Source: Rubripirellula sp. (GTDB lineage: Bacteria; Planctomycetota; Planctomycetia; Pirellulales; Pirellulaceae). From it: a DNA stretch of 64,000 nt. The notes beneath the pieces were generated by a model. That model was not told the origin of the DNA and made no database searches. It was given only the letters and a program-made list of their open reading frames with translations. The first letter of the stretch is position 1, and each line of letters begins with the position of its first letter. The DNA lies in NCBI GenBank assembly GCA_965216875.1, contig OZ244207.1:544001-608000 (forward strand), written 5' to 3'. This document shows, one piece after another, positions 13,238-23,519 of the stretch. The position numbers were made by a program, and so were the translations under genes.

Positions 13238-14854
13238 ATGTTCGCACCCCACCTCGATTCCCTCCCCATTCCCCACCTATCAAAGTGTCTCGCAATGACT
13301 CAAAGATTGTTCTCCTCTCTTCTGCTCGCCTTTCTGTGTCTGAACGTAATCGTTGCGACGGTTCGCGCTGAAGGTTCAAGGCCAAACGTGCTTTTCTTGG
13401 CCGTTGACGACATGAACGATTGGATTGGGTGTCTCGAAACGACGCCACACGCACTGACTCCCAATATCGATCGTTTGGCCGCGCGGGGAACCAACTTCAC
13501 CAACGGGCACACCGCCGGCGTGTTTTGTGCACCGAGTCGAGCGGCAATCTTTTCCGGTCAATATGCTTCGACAACCGGATGCTACAGCACGCCGAACTAT
13601 TTCGTTTCGCATCCCGAGATCGAGTCGCTGCAGACGAGCTTCAGCAAAGCCGGTTACACAACGCTGGGCGCGGGCAAGCTCTTTCACCATCCCGAGGGAG
13701 CGATCGATCAAAGAGGCTGGACCGAGTTCTTCCTCCGCAGCCAGATTCAGCGACAAACAGGTTGGCCAATGGATTCATGGAGTAGCGATACGCCTGTGCC
13801 GCAGCCTTTTCCTGCGAGCGTCTACAACAGAGGCCAGAAGTTCAAAGCAGGACTCTTCTTGGAGTGGGGCGCGATTCCCAACGAAAAAGAAGAAGAGATG
13901 GCCGACACGATTCGCGCCAACTGGGCGGCCAAACAATTGAAAAAGAAACACGACAAGCCATTCTTTTTGGCTTGCGGTTTGTACGCACCCCACTTTCCGA
14001 ATTACTGCCCGCAAAAGTATTTCGATCTTTACGATCCGGCTAAGATCGCGATGCCACCGATGCGCGATGATGACTTGGAAGACCTGCCCGCAAAGATTCG
14101 CCGACAACGAGAGAACCGCAAGCGCCTACATCACGAAAAACTTGTCAAGATGGAAGCGATGGACGACGCCATTCACGGCTACCTCGCGTGCATCAGCTAT
14201 GCCGACGCCATGTTGGGCCGGATTCTTGATGCGTTGGACGCAAGTCCCTATGCCGACAATACGATCGTGGTGTTGTGGAGTGATCACGGCTACCACCACG
14301 GTGAAAAAGGACAATGGGGAAAGCACACGCTCTGGGAGCGTACATCAAACGTGCCCTATATTTGGGCTGGGCCTGGCGTTGCGCGGAGTTCAAAGACGGA
14401 CGTGACGGCAAGCTTGATCGATATCTATCCAACTCTGGTCGAGATGTGCGGGCTCGAACAACCACACCAATCTCTTGAGGGCGTCTCACTCGCGTCGACG
14501 TTGAAGAATCCCTCCGCCGCAAAAGACCGAAACGTCTTTCTGCCATACATGTCACCCGGTGAGTACGCGATCATCAATCGCGACTGGCGGTACATCCGGT
14601 ACGGAGACGATGGCGAAGAGTTGTACAACCTGACCGAGGACCCACACGAGTGGACGAATGTCGTCGACCAACCCCAATACGCAAGTGTGATCGAAGAACT
14701 GAAGAAATCGGCACCGAGCCACTTCGCGCAGCCTGAAGTGAAACTGAACGCGCGACGTGATTTGGTGGTCGAAGGTGATTCCTTCCGTTGGGAAAAGGGC
14801 AAAGGGAACTACAAGCCTCGGCCCAAATTCCGCCCGTACACTTCCGCAAAATAG
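13238..14854 (+). CDS. Sulfatase (iduronate/choline sulfatase-like); start may be 13295
   Basis: [30 protein letters not shown]. Confidence 0.93.
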   Translation: MFAPHLDSLPIPHLSKCLAMTQRLFSSLLLAFLCLNVIVATVRAEGSRPNVLFLAVDDMNDWIGCLETTPHALTPNIDRLAARGTNFTNGHTAGVFCAPSRAAIFSGQYASTTGCYSTPNYFVSHPEIESLQTSFSKAGYTTLGAGKLFHHPEGAIDQRGWTEFFLRSQIQRQTGWPMDSWSSDTPVPQPFPASVYNRGQKFKAGLFLEWGAIPNEKEEEMADTIRANWAAKQLKKKHDKPFFLACGLYAPHFPNYCPQKYFDLYDPAKIAMPPMRDDDLEDLPAKIRRQRENRKRLHHEKLVKMEAMDDAIHGYLACISYADAMLGRILDALDASPYADNTIVVLWSDHGYHHGEKGQWGKHTLWERTSNVPYIWAGPGVARSSKTDVTASLIDIYPTLVEMCGLEQPHQSLEGVSLASTLKNPSAAKDRNVFLPYMSPGEYAIINRDWRYIRYGDDGEELYNLTEDPHEWTNVVDQPQYASVIEELKKSAPSHFAQPEVKLNARRDLVVEGDSFRWEKGKGNYKPRPKFRPYTSAK

Positions 14855-14947
14855 AACGGTTCCCGGCGCCGATACATTGGCCAGCAGGTTTTCTTGGGAC
14901 GATCCACGCTCACGCGAGCGTAGCGATGGCGATCACTCGCATTTTGC

Positions 14948-16459
14948 GTGCACAAACCACTGTTAGGATATCACTTGATGCAACGTATTCGATTAGCGAT
15001 TTCGTTCGTCGCTTTTGCGATCATCACACTCGCAACCTCGGCATCGGTCACCGCATCGGGGGACGACAAGCCGATGAATGTGTTGCTGTTGATCGTTGAT
15101 GATCTCAACACCTGGTTGCTCGAAGACCCCGTTCGCTACACGGGTAAAGTCGTTGCGCCGAACATCCAGCGATTGGCCAGCCAGGGTGTGGTATTTCACA
15201 ACGCCCAAACGGCGAGCCCGGTCTGTTCTCCATCCCGGACTGCGTTCCTTTCTGGAGTGGCACCCTGGAAATCAGGTGTTTCGCGGAACGGGGTCAAAGT
15301 TGGCGACAGTGCCATTCTGAAAAACGTACCGTCGCTTTTCAGAACGTTTCAGGACGAAGGTTACTGGATCGCAAAGTTTGGCAAAGTGTCGCACGGCTAC
15401 GACACGGGCGTCACGTTTGATGCTTCGATGAATCACAAACGGACGCCGCCGCCACCCGGTGCACCACTCAACGGGATCGCAAAGAGCGCAAGTGGTAAGG
15501 TGACCGAACGTGATTGGGGGCCCACTCACCTTGATGAAAATGAGATGAGTGACAAGCTCCTGGCTGATGCAACGATCGAAGCCATCGAGCAAGCCACTGA
15601 ACAGCCGAATGGTAAGCCGTTCTTCATTTCATGTGGGCTCTTTCATCCACACTACCCCTGGTACGTTCCGCAAAAGTACCTCGATCTCTACCCACTCGAC
15701 GAGATCGAGTTGCCAGCGATCAAGGCCGATGATCTCGACGACGTTCCAGCCTACGGTAAGAGACTCGTGAATCGAGGTTGGGATGAGAAGATTCATGCCA
15801 GTGGCATGATTCGCGAGGCGATTCGGGGATACCTAGCGAGCGTGTCGTTTGCCGACGCGCACATCGGGCGGATCCTCGAGGCTCTCGACAGGAGTTCGCA
15901 TCGTGAAAACACATTGGTCGTTCTGATCAGTGACCATGGCTTTCATCTTGGCGAGAAGCAGAACTGGACCAAGGCGACGCTTTGGGAAGAAGCGACTGAC
16001 AGCGTGATGATGTTTCGCGTTCCCGGCGTGACGCAACCCAATCAAGTGTGCGCACGCCCCGTGTCTCTACTCGACCTCTATCCGACACTTGTCGATTTGG
16101 TCGGCGCAGCAAAGCCCAGACACCTCGATGGACATTCGCTCCTGCCGCAGCTCAGGGACGTCTCGGCCCCACGGAGCCATCCTGCAATTACGGTCTACGA
16201 TGGGCACATGGCTGTGCGCACCGAGAACGAGCGGTTCATTCGCTACTGGGATGGCACCACCGAACTTTATGATCGAAAGAATGATCCGCACGAGTGGGTG
16301 AACCAAACAGACAATCCAGCGATGGCAAGCCTGAAAAAGATCCTTGCAAGTCATCTGCCCACCCCCGACGAAATCGTCACCCCACTCCCGAGCCGCCAAG
16401 CGGGCGCCATTAACTTTGCCCCGCGCACGCCGAAGCCAACCAAGTCCAAACACAAGTGA
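14948..16459 (+). CDS. Sulfatase; start probably ATG 14978
   Basis: NVLLLIVDDLN, CSPSR, SDHGFHLGEK. Confidence 0.93.
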   Translation: MHKPLLGYHLMQRIRLAISFVAFAIITLATSASVTASGDDKPMNVLLLIVDDLNTWLLEDPVRYTGKVVAPNIQRLASQGVVFHNAQTASPVCSPSRTAFLSGVAPWKSGVSRNGVKVGDSAILKNVPSLFRTFQDEGYWIAKFGKVSHGYDTGVTFDASMNHKRTPPPPGAPLNGIAKSASGKVTERDWGPTHLDENEMSDKLLADATIEAIEQATEQPNGKPFFISCGLFHPHYPWYVPQKYLDLYPLDEIELPAIKADDLDDVPAYGKRLVNRGWDEKIHASGMIREAIRGYLASVSFADAHIGRILEALDRSSHRENTLVVLISDHGFHLGEKQNWTKATLWEEATDSVMMFRVPGVTQPNQVCARPVSLLDLYPTLVDLVGAAKPRHLDGHSLLPQLRDVSAPRSHPAITVYDGHMAVRTENERFIRYWDGTTELYDRKNDPHEWVNQTDNPAMASLKKILASHLPTPDEIVTPLPSRQAGAINFAPRTPKPTKSKHK

Positions 16460-16506
16460 AAAGAGCCACGAGAATCTGACCGTGAAACCTTTGCGGCGTG
16501 TGCCGC

Positions 16507-17295
16507 TTAGAACTCACCTCTACAGATCGCAACCTGTGTGAACAATTCCTTTGCGTTCAGGAATGCTGCCTGTCTCGCTTGATCGCTATCGAGCCCAGCA
16601 CTTTTTGCAAAGGCTGCTGCCTGGTTTGGGCCGTTTGACTCAAGCGTTTCGAAATGATGTCGTAGCAGCGTGTAGGCTTCTTCGCCCGTTGTCGTTTCAG
16701 TGATCGGAGCCATCCGGGCGGCAAGTTCATTCAGGCTTTTGTGATGTTGGAGGACAAAGGCAATGTCGTAAGCGTCTTTGGCTTTGTTCCGGCGGTCGAG
16801 AGGAAACGATTTGATCAGAATGAACGCTTCGGGGCGAACGACCTTGATGGAAAGCGTTCGCGAATGTTCGCCGCTACGATCAACATCAATCTCAACGAGG
16901 TCGTGATGATTGTGTGCGAGGTCGAGTCCAGGAAGACTTTCAATCTTCAAGCCTCCGATTTCGAGACTGCGGACGCGTTTTCCTAAGTACTGCGGAGTGG
17001 TTAGCAGGTCGACAGCGACTTCAAGCTGAATGTCGGGAACCTGCCGCACATATTGCGTTGGTGTGTCACGTTCAGAGCGGTGAAAATGGTGGCGGCAAAG
17101 GTGTTGGTGTAGGTCAATGCCGCTTTGGATGCTTTCCGGCTGCAGGAATAAGTCAACGTCCAGCGAACCGACATGTTGCTTGTTGGGATAGAGCACTTCG
17201 GGGACCCAGCCACCGATGAGTACGAAGTCGCCACACTTTGTAAGTACTTCTGCCGCTTCGATAAGAACTTTGTAGACCGCTTCTTCTCGTCTCAT
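16507..17295 (-). CDS. AbiEii-like nucleotidyltransferase toxin (type IV TA)
   Basis: VLIGGW, GSLDVDL (polbeta-like DxD), ILIK, KDAYDI; overlaps upstream gene by 4 nt. Confidence 0.75.
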   Translation of the reverse strand: MRREEAVYKVLIEAAEVLTKCGDFVLIGGWVPEVLYPNKQHVGSLDVDLFLQPESIQSGIDLHQHLCRHHFHRSERDTPTQYVRQVPDIQLEVAVDLLTTPQYLGKRVRSLEIGGLKIESLPGLDLAHNHHDLVEIDVDRSGEHSRTLSIKVVRPEAFILIKSFPLDRRNKAKDAYDIAFVLQHHKSLNELAARMAPITETTTGEEAYTLLRHHFETLESNGPNQAAAFAKSAGLDSDQARQAAFLNAKELFTQVAICRGEF

Positions 17296-18380
17296 GATCG
17301 AATCCTTAGTTGATCGATCGCTTGACGAAAAGATTCGGCGAGGTGTTTTTCAAAGATCGCTTCAGCGGCTTCCTCGCCTCGCCCCGGCATCGCCATCAGG
17401 TCGAGATACGTTTGTAGTGGGGAAGTGGTCATGATTGGATCAGCCGACCTGCCTTGGAAGTGGCTTTCATCTTCCGGAATGAATAGCAGCAGGTTGGCGC
17501 CCGATTCGACGCGTTGCACGCCGCATGCATTGCGAAACTCATCAAGGGACTTGTCATGGAACGCTTCGGCCGAGACCAAAAACATTGCCGTTGTATATCG
17601 GACGACAGGTGCCAATCGCCAAGCAGCTGACAAGTGGGAAAGAGCATGTTCTAGGTTTTGTTCGGTAAACCATCCTGCAACTTCGTTTTCGACCTGCTCG
17701 AGATCACCACGTAGATAGAATCCGGCTTGGTGAGGAGTTGAACGACGGTAGTGCTGCACCCAATCATCCAGTAACTCTTTGGGACGCTTTAGGTAGAGAT
17801 GGTGGTCCGAGATCATCGCGTACCCTTCGTCGATCATCGCCTTTTTGATCCGTGACATCAGTCCTGGACTAACCCTGACAGCGTCATTGCGCGCCAACTC
17901 ATTTGACTGCCAGCCACGCGATGGTTCTTCCAGCATTGCACGGACGACTCGGCTTGACTTTGCCGAAAAGATGTTCAGGTTCCTGGACATCGTCTTGCCG
18001 TAGGGATTCGGTGTCCCTGTACGACTCATGAAGATGCCGTGGTTGGGAAAGACAAGTTTGCAGTTGCCCGCGAAGTCGATCCAGGAAACATTGTGCGCGG
18101 CAGCAATGTCAGCAGTACGCTCGGAAATGACGGCCGCATACAGCAAAGGCTCGACACCGAGTGAGTTGGCTTGGCGTTGCAGGTCCGCACAAACCGATTC
18201 TGCCACGGCAGGCGTGATTCGCTTGTAGGTCGCCGCCAAGATCGGGATTTCTGTCGTCTTTGGATTCGAGGCTTTGTACAGAGGCGGCTGCGAATCGGCG
18301 TCGTATTGCACGTCAAATTCGGCGATATTCGAGAGCACCTCTCGCAGAGTTTGCTCAAGTTTTGGTTCAGGGACGCTCAT
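17292..18380 (-). CDS. AbiEi-like (DUF2186-type) antitoxin / transcriptional regulator
   Basis: WIDFAGNC, IFSAKSSRVVRAML, wHTH-like segment, SGANL, TSPLQTYLDL...GRGEEAAE; start set at ATG 18380. Confidence 0.75.
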   Translation of the reverse strand: MSVPEPKLEQTLREVLSNIAEFDVQYDADSQPPLYKASNPKTTEIPILAATYKRITPAVAESVCADLQRQANSLGVEPLLYAAVISERTADIAAAHNVSWIDFAGNCKLVFPNHGIFMSRTGTPNPYGKTMSRNLNIFSAKSSRVVRAMLEEPSRGWQSNELARNDAVRVSPGLMSRIKKAMIDEGYAMISDHHLYLKRPKELLDDWVQHYRRSTPHQAGFYLRGDLEQVENEVAGWFTEQNLEHALSHLSAAWRLAPVVRYTTAMFLVSAEAFHDKSLDEFRNACGVQRVESGANLLLFIPEDESHFQGRSADPIMTTSPLQTYLDLMAMPGRGEEAAEAIFEKHLAESFRQAIDQLRIRS

Positions 18381-18383
18381 GGG

Positions 18384-18501
18384 TTTACCGTTATCCGTGC
18401 ATTTACTACGTAGTAAATATAGCTGATCCGGTAAATTTAGCCGCTCGAATTTACCAAAAAACCACAGTTTACTACGTAGTGAATTCTGCTCTAGCGGTAA
18501 A
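18384..18501. promoter_or_regulatory. Two tandem 52-bp dyad-symmetric operators upstream of the AbiE-like operon
   Basis: TTTACC...TTTACTACGTAGT(A/G)AA...GGTAAA centred at 18409/10 and 18475/76. Confidence 0.7.
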
Positions 18502-18557
18502 TATCGCTGCTTTTCCCTGTAAAACGATAGAAAAACTAACCGCCACGAGTCCACGCC

Positions 18558-19541
18558 TTGAACTCCTTCACTGACATCGTCGCCAACATCACGGGCGCCC
18601 AATCCATCGAGCTTGGTGAGACGATCCAGAGCCTGTGGAGCGGTTATGGGGTCATTCAGCGTGCGGAGCTTGGCGGCGTGACGCCTTCTCGTGTCGTCAT
18701 CAAACACATCGATCTCTCGCATGCTCGAGAGAATCGTCGTGGTTGGGGTGGCGACCTTTCACACCAGCGCAAGGTGCGATCGTATCAGGTTGAGAAGACT
18801 TTCTACGAATCGTTTTCGAATGCATGTCGCGCGAGATGCCGAGTTCCAGGATTCGTCGCCGCTCAGGAACTCGACGGCGAGAGCGGATGGGTGATCGTTC
18901 TCGAAGACTTGGACGCCGCCGGATTTGGTCAACGAAAGAGCAGCGTCGGTAGGCGGGACGTGAACGCGTGCCTTGATTGGCTTGCCAGTTTCCACGCCAC
19001 CTTCATGAACTATGCTGCAGAGGGTTTGTGGCCGGTCGGAACTTATTGGCATTTGGGAACGCGGCCCGATGAATTCGATGCGATGCCGGCCGGACCGCTC
19101 AAGCGGGCAGCCAAGACGATCGATGCCCGCTTAAACGCCGCTAAGTTTCAAACGCTCGTGCATGGTGATGCAAAGGTCGCCAACTTTTGCTTTTCTGACA
19201 CAGGCGAAGACGCGGTGGCAGCGGTCGACTTTCAATACGTCGGTCGCGGCTGCGGGATGAAAGATGTTGCCTACTTCATCAGTAGTTGCTTGAGTGAGGA
19301 CGAAGCCGCCGAGCAGCAACAGGAGTTACTGGCCTATTACTTTCGGCAGCTGCAAGCTGCTCTGTTGCCACTACGCATCGAGCTCGAATTCTCGGCACTC
19401 GAAACCGAATGGCGTGAGCTCTACCCCTATGCATGGGCTGACTTTTGCCGATTCCTCTCCGGCTGGTCGCCCGGCCACTGGAAACTTAACACGTACAGTG
19501 ACCAGATCACACAATCGCTGCTCGATCAGCTCGACGCCTAG
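18558..19541 (+). CDS. APH/choline-kinase-like phosphotransferase (DUF1679-like)
   Basis: [39 protein letters not shown]. Confidence 0.85.
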   Translation: MNSFTDIVANITGAQSIELGETIQSLWSGYGVIQRAELGGVTPSRVVIKHIDLSHARENRRGWGGDLSHQRKVRSYQVEKTFYESFSNACRARCRVPGFVAAQELDGESGWVIVLEDLDAAGFGQRKSSVGRRDVNACLDWLASFHATFMNYAAEGLWPVGTYWHLGTRPDEFDAMPAGPLKRAAKTIDARLNAAKFQTLVHGDAKVANFCFSDTGEDAVAAVDFQYVGRGCGMKDVAYFISSCLSEDEAAEQQQELLAYYFRQLQAALLPLRIELEFSALETEWRELYPYAWADFCRFLSGWSPGHWKLNTYSDQITQSLLDQLDA

Positions 19542-19696
19542 GTCCCGCGTCGTATGTACTTGTGTCATGCGAAGAATGACCAACGAATGCCCACATCGCG
19601 GATGTGCTTGTGTCATGCGGAGCATGACGTAGAGTTAAAAGGAGTGATTCCCGGTGGTGGTTGTCGCCATGTTCCCTCAACGTCTTGGAGCGCATT

Positions 19697-20278
19697 TTGG
19701 ATTCGACGTCGGCAACGCTATTGATGAGAGCCAGCCGGGGGGATGATGAGCAGTCTTGGCAGCGTCTTCACGACATTTACGCGCCATTGATTCGAGGGTG
19801 GTTGTCGCGCCAGGCTGTCGTCGGAAGTGATGCCGATGATCTGACTCAGGATGTCTTGGTGGTCGTTCTACGGAAACTGCCCACGTTTAAGCACAACGGT
19901 CGGCCCGGCGCGTTTCGACGTTGGCTGCGATTGATCGTCGTCAATTGCGTTCGCGATTCGATCAAACGCAAACGCTTTGCTGCGGACTCGCAGACCGGTA
20001 TCTCGGAACTTCTTCAGCAGCTTGAAGACGAGTCGAGTTAGATTAGCCAGCAGTGGGATCAGGAACATGACTTGGAGGTCGCCCGGCGCCTGCTCGCTCA
20101 AATCGAGTCCTCGTTCGACCCGCAAACGTGGGAAGCTTTCCAGCTTCTGACCCGCGAGGAGCTGTCGGCGCAGCAGGTTGCCGAGCAGTTGGACATGCCG
20201 ATTGCGAGCGTTTATCAGGCAAAATCCCGAGTTTTGGCAAAGCTTCGTGAGTCGGCTGGTGGGTTGATCGACGATTGA
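19697..20278 (+). pseudogene. ECF sigma factor interrupted by an in-frame TAG (20039-20041)
   Basis: Region 2 (DADDLTQDV, GAFRRWL) and region 4 (TWEAFQL, SVYQAKSRVL) are in the same frame on either side of one TAG. Confidence 0.8.
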
Positions 20279-20298
20279 CCTAAAAAGTTCTGTTTTTC

Positions 20299-21138
20299 GT
20301 GTCAACCGCGCCGCTTGAAACCAATGCGGTCCGAGTCGCAATCACCGACGCACTCGCACAAGCTTCTCTCCCGATCGCAACCGAGGCACAATTCTGGACG
20401 GAGGTGTCGGACGTGGTTGGACGCGTGATCGATTCACTCGAGATTTCCGAGCAGCAAGGAACCTCCGTTTGGGATGCTCACGAGCAGCTTGGGGCGCAGT
20501 GGGCGTCGCGTCTGGCACCGACCAACACCGTCGATGACGACGCGATCGCCTATCCGGCGGCAAGCGAGCCGATTCGCGGGTACCTGGTTGGGCTTGAAGA
20601 AGAGATTGCTCACGAAACAGGCTTGGACGCGCAAGTGGTCCGTGACGCGCTTAGCGACTCACTGGCGCAAGCCAACTTGCCAATTCGAGATGAAACGCAA
20701 TTTTGGAATGAGATGGCCGAGGTCGTGGGCACCACGATCGACGCGCTCCAGCTATCCGAAGTGCAAGGTGAATCGATTTGGAATGCACACGAGACGCTCG
20801 GTCATGAATTGTACGCCGCGGACTCGAGTCCACTCTCACCGCCAGAGAGTCCGACGGAGTTCGACGTCAACCAAGATGGGGTGATGACTGCGCTCGACGC
20901 ACTAGTCATCCTCAACCACCTGGGAGAGTCGGGCGGTTTCGACGAAGGCCAGTCGGTTGCCGATTTTGGAGCCCGCTTTGACGTCAACGGCGATGGAAAG
21001 GTATCGGCGCTAGATGTTTTGCACATCATCAACACGCTCGGCAGGACGGAACCGTCGAGTCCACAGAACGAGGCTCAAGTCGATTCGTTTTTTGAACTCA
21101 TCGGTAGCGATCAAGGGTGGGACGACGAAAGACCCTGA
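20299..21138 (+). CDS. Dockerin type I domain protein with a duplicated ~56 aa helical repeat
   Basis: DVNQDGVMTALDALVILN and DVNGDGKVSALDVLHIIN; internal repeat DAL...LPI..E.QFW.E...VVG..ID.L..SE.QG.S.W.AHE.LG. Confidence 0.75.
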   Translation: MSTAPLETNAVRVAITDALAQASLPIATEAQFWTEVSDVVGRVIDSLEISEQQGTSVWDAHEQLGAQWASRLAPTNTVDDDAIAYPAASEPIRGYLVGLEEEIAHETGLDAQVVRDALSDSLAQANLPIRDETQFWNEMAEVVGTTIDALQLSEVQGESIWNAHETLGHELYAADSSPLSPPESPTEFDVNQDGVMTALDALVILNHLGESGGFDEGQSVADFGARFDVNGDGKVSALDVLHIINTLGRTEPSSPQNEAQVDSFFELIGSDQGWDDERP

Positions 21139-21160
21139 GCCAGGTCCGAAACTGCCGTTT

Positions 21161-21215
21161 GTAGTGCCGTCTTGGGTCGGAATGCGTGAAGATTCCGGCT
21201 AAAGCTCGGTACTAC
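21161..21215. repeat. REPIN-like inverted pair
   Basis: GTAGTGCCGTCTTGGGTCGGAAT...ATTCCGGCTAAAGCTCGGTACTAC; related copy at 44665-44720. Confidence 0.65.
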
Positions 21216-21249
21216 AAACGGGGCACTGCAGACTACAATCAGCCGGACA

Positions 21250-23355
21250 ATGAGTTCTGATTCGAAGTTGTCCGACGCGCCGCCCGCAAGCCTGCCTTGG
21301 TATCGCAAACTGATCTATTCGATGATCGTGACGGCGGTCTTCTTTGTTCTGGTTGAAACGCTGCTTGCCGCCTTCGGAGTCGGTCGAGTGCTCGACACCG
21401 AAGACCCTTACGTCGGGTTCGACAAACGCATTCCATTAATGACTGTCGAGGTGGACGAGGAGGGCAATAAAGTCGTCCGAACCGCCGACAACAAAACGGT
21501 CTGGTTTAACTCTCAGTCATTTCCGCTGGAAAAAGGTGCGAGCACCAAACGCATCTTCTGTCTTGGCGGGTCTACGACCTATGGTCGACCATACAACGAT
21601 TTGACTTCGTTTTGCGGTTGGCTGCGCGAAATGTTGCCGGTGGCCGTCCCCGATACGGATTGGCAAGTGATCAATGCGGGCGGCATCAGCTATGCCAGTT
21701 ACCGAGTTGCGTCGGTGATGGAGGAGCTTGCGGAGTATGAGCCTGATCTGTTCATCGTTTACACGGGGCACAACGAATTCCTCGAGAGTCGAACCTACGC
21801 CGACATGATGGACGGCCAGGGCGGATGGGTCCGATCCGCAACGACGGCCCTGGGGCGAACAAGGACATGGTCGGCCATTCGCAAAATCGTCAAAACGAAA
21901 AGTCAGGCGGCAACACCCACCGATGTTTTGCCGGGCGAGGTTGATGAAATCATGAACCACACCGTTGGCCCGGCAGACTATGTCCGCGATGTTCAATGGC
22001 GCGGCAAGGTGGTCCATCATTTCGGCGTGAACCTGAACCGAATGGTCGCGATCGCCGACAAAGCCAATGCCAAATTGATTTTTGTGGTGCCGGCATCGAA
22101 TGAAAAGGATTGTTCCCCGTTCAAGAGCGTTTGGCGAGACGATCTAGGCGAGGCAGAGATCGCAAGGGCGGAGGCTCATTTGGATCGAGCGGCTGAGCTT
22201 TTGAATGAAGCAGCAATCGAGCCTGCGATGGAGGAACTTGAGGCGGTGCTTGGGATCGATCCCGATCATGCGTACGCCAATTATCAACTTGGACGTCTTC
22301 TCCTGGGCGCCGGCCGACATGTCGAAGCTCGTGCGCATCTTGATTCCGCGATCGACCAAGACATCTGTCCGCTTCGGGCGGTCGACGAGATCAAGGCTGC
22401 GATCTCGAAGGTTGCCGAGGAAAACGATGTTCCACTTCTCGATTTTGAATCGCTCCTCAAGCAGGCGGCCGTCATCGAGCGGGGGCATGACTTCTTGGGA
22501 GCGGAAGAGTTCCTCGATCACGTGCATCCGACGATCGAAGCGCATCAAGACTTGGCGAGAGCACTGGTGGACACGATGGTCGAGCAGCAGTTTTTGGACG
22601 ATTGCAGGCGTCTAAGCGAGAGTGCTGTCGCCAAAATCGACGACCATGTTCGATCGCAAATCGATCGCCATTCGCAAGGCGTCTCCCTTCGCAATCTCGC
22701 TAAAGTATTGCACTGGGCGGGCAAGTTCGAGGAAGCGGCGCCTCTCGCTGCTGATGCTCTCGAGCTCATCGAGGGTGATCTGGAAAGCCAGTTCGTGCTC
22801 GCGGATTCGCTGATCCAACTTGGAAGAGTCGACGAAGGGATGCGACGTTATGAATCGCTGTTTCGAGAAGGCGAATTCACGCGAGCCTATTTGCCGTTTG
22901 GCCAACTGCTGATCGAATACGGCGATCTGGAAAAGGCCGAGTCGTACTTGTCGATGGCGGTCGTTGTCGACAGAGATGCCAATCGCCGTGCCGCTGCGCA
23001 TGTCAGTTTGGCGGAGCTTTTCCTTGATCGGAACGATTATGAACAAGCTCGGGAATCACTGGAAATCGCCGAGCGAATTCGTCCGGGCAACGTCACCACG
23101 GGGATGATGCTTGCCGAAGCCCAGCAAGGCCTTGGCGAAGATGAAGCGGCAATGAATTCTCTCTACCACGTCCTCGAAACTGCGAACCCGACCAGACCGG
23201 ATGTGTCCGTCGTGCATTATCGCCTCGGATTGCTGCTGATGAAGTCGAAGGACTACGTTGCTGCAATCAACGAATTTGACAACGCCATCGCCGCCGACCC
23301 TAACAACGCTCAGGCCATCGCAAGCAAAACGATTGCGGAACGTCTTGCGGAGTGA
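21250..23355 (+). CDS. SGNH/GDSL hydrolase with TPR repeats
   Basis: TM anchor, CLGGSTTYG, INAGGISYAS, YTGHNEF, DHVHP, C-terminal TPRs. Confidence 0.85.
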   Translation: MSSDSKLSDAPPASLPWYRKLIYSMIVTAVFFVLVETLLAAFGVGRVLDTEDPYVGFDKRIPLMTVEVDEEGNKVVRTADNKTVWFNSQSFPLEKGASTKRIFCLGGSTTYGRPYNDLTSFCGWLREMLPVAVPDTDWQVINAGGISYASYRVASVMEELAEYEPDLFIVYTGHNEFLESRTYADMMDGQGGWVRSATTALGRTRTWSAIRKIVKTKSQAATPTDVLPGEVDEIMNHTVGPADYVRDVQWRGKVVHHFGVNLNRMVAIADKANAKLIFVVPASNEKDCSPFKSVWRDDLGEAEIARAEAHLDRAAELLNEAAIEPAMEELEAVLGIDPDHAYANYQLGRLLLGAGRHVEARAHLDSAIDQDICPLRAVDEIKAAISKVAEENDVPLLDFESLLKQAAVIERGHDFLGAEEFLDHVHPTIEAHQDLARALVDTMVEQQFLDDCRRLSESAVAKIDDHVRSQIDRHSQGVSLRNLAKVLHWAGKFEEAAPLAADALELIEGDLESQFVLADSLIQLGRVDEGMRRYESLFREGEFTRAYLPFGQLLIEYGDLEKAESYLSMAVVVDRDANRRAAAHVSLAELFLDRNDYEQARESLEIAERIRPGNVTTGMMLAEAQQGLGEDEAAMNSLYHVLETANPTRPDVSVVHYRLGLLLMKSKDYVAAINEFDNAIAADPNNAQAIASKTIAERLAE

Positions 23356-23519
23356 TCAATGAGTCCTCTTTTTGGGTCGAAACGGTTCGTCCCGGCAATC
23401 GACTTCCACCAGGCGGTCTTTGTGGGCGGCGAAACACGCGACTCGTTGACACCACTGCGGTGGTGGGCATGTCGACAAACACTACCAATTCATCTGCAGC
23501 GATTGACCAATAGCAAAGC

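Noticed and set aside
18381..18722. N-terminal extension of the 476-aa ORF (17292-18722)
   Set aside because: Overlaps the operator region and the divergent kinase gene; ATG 18380 is the more plausible start.
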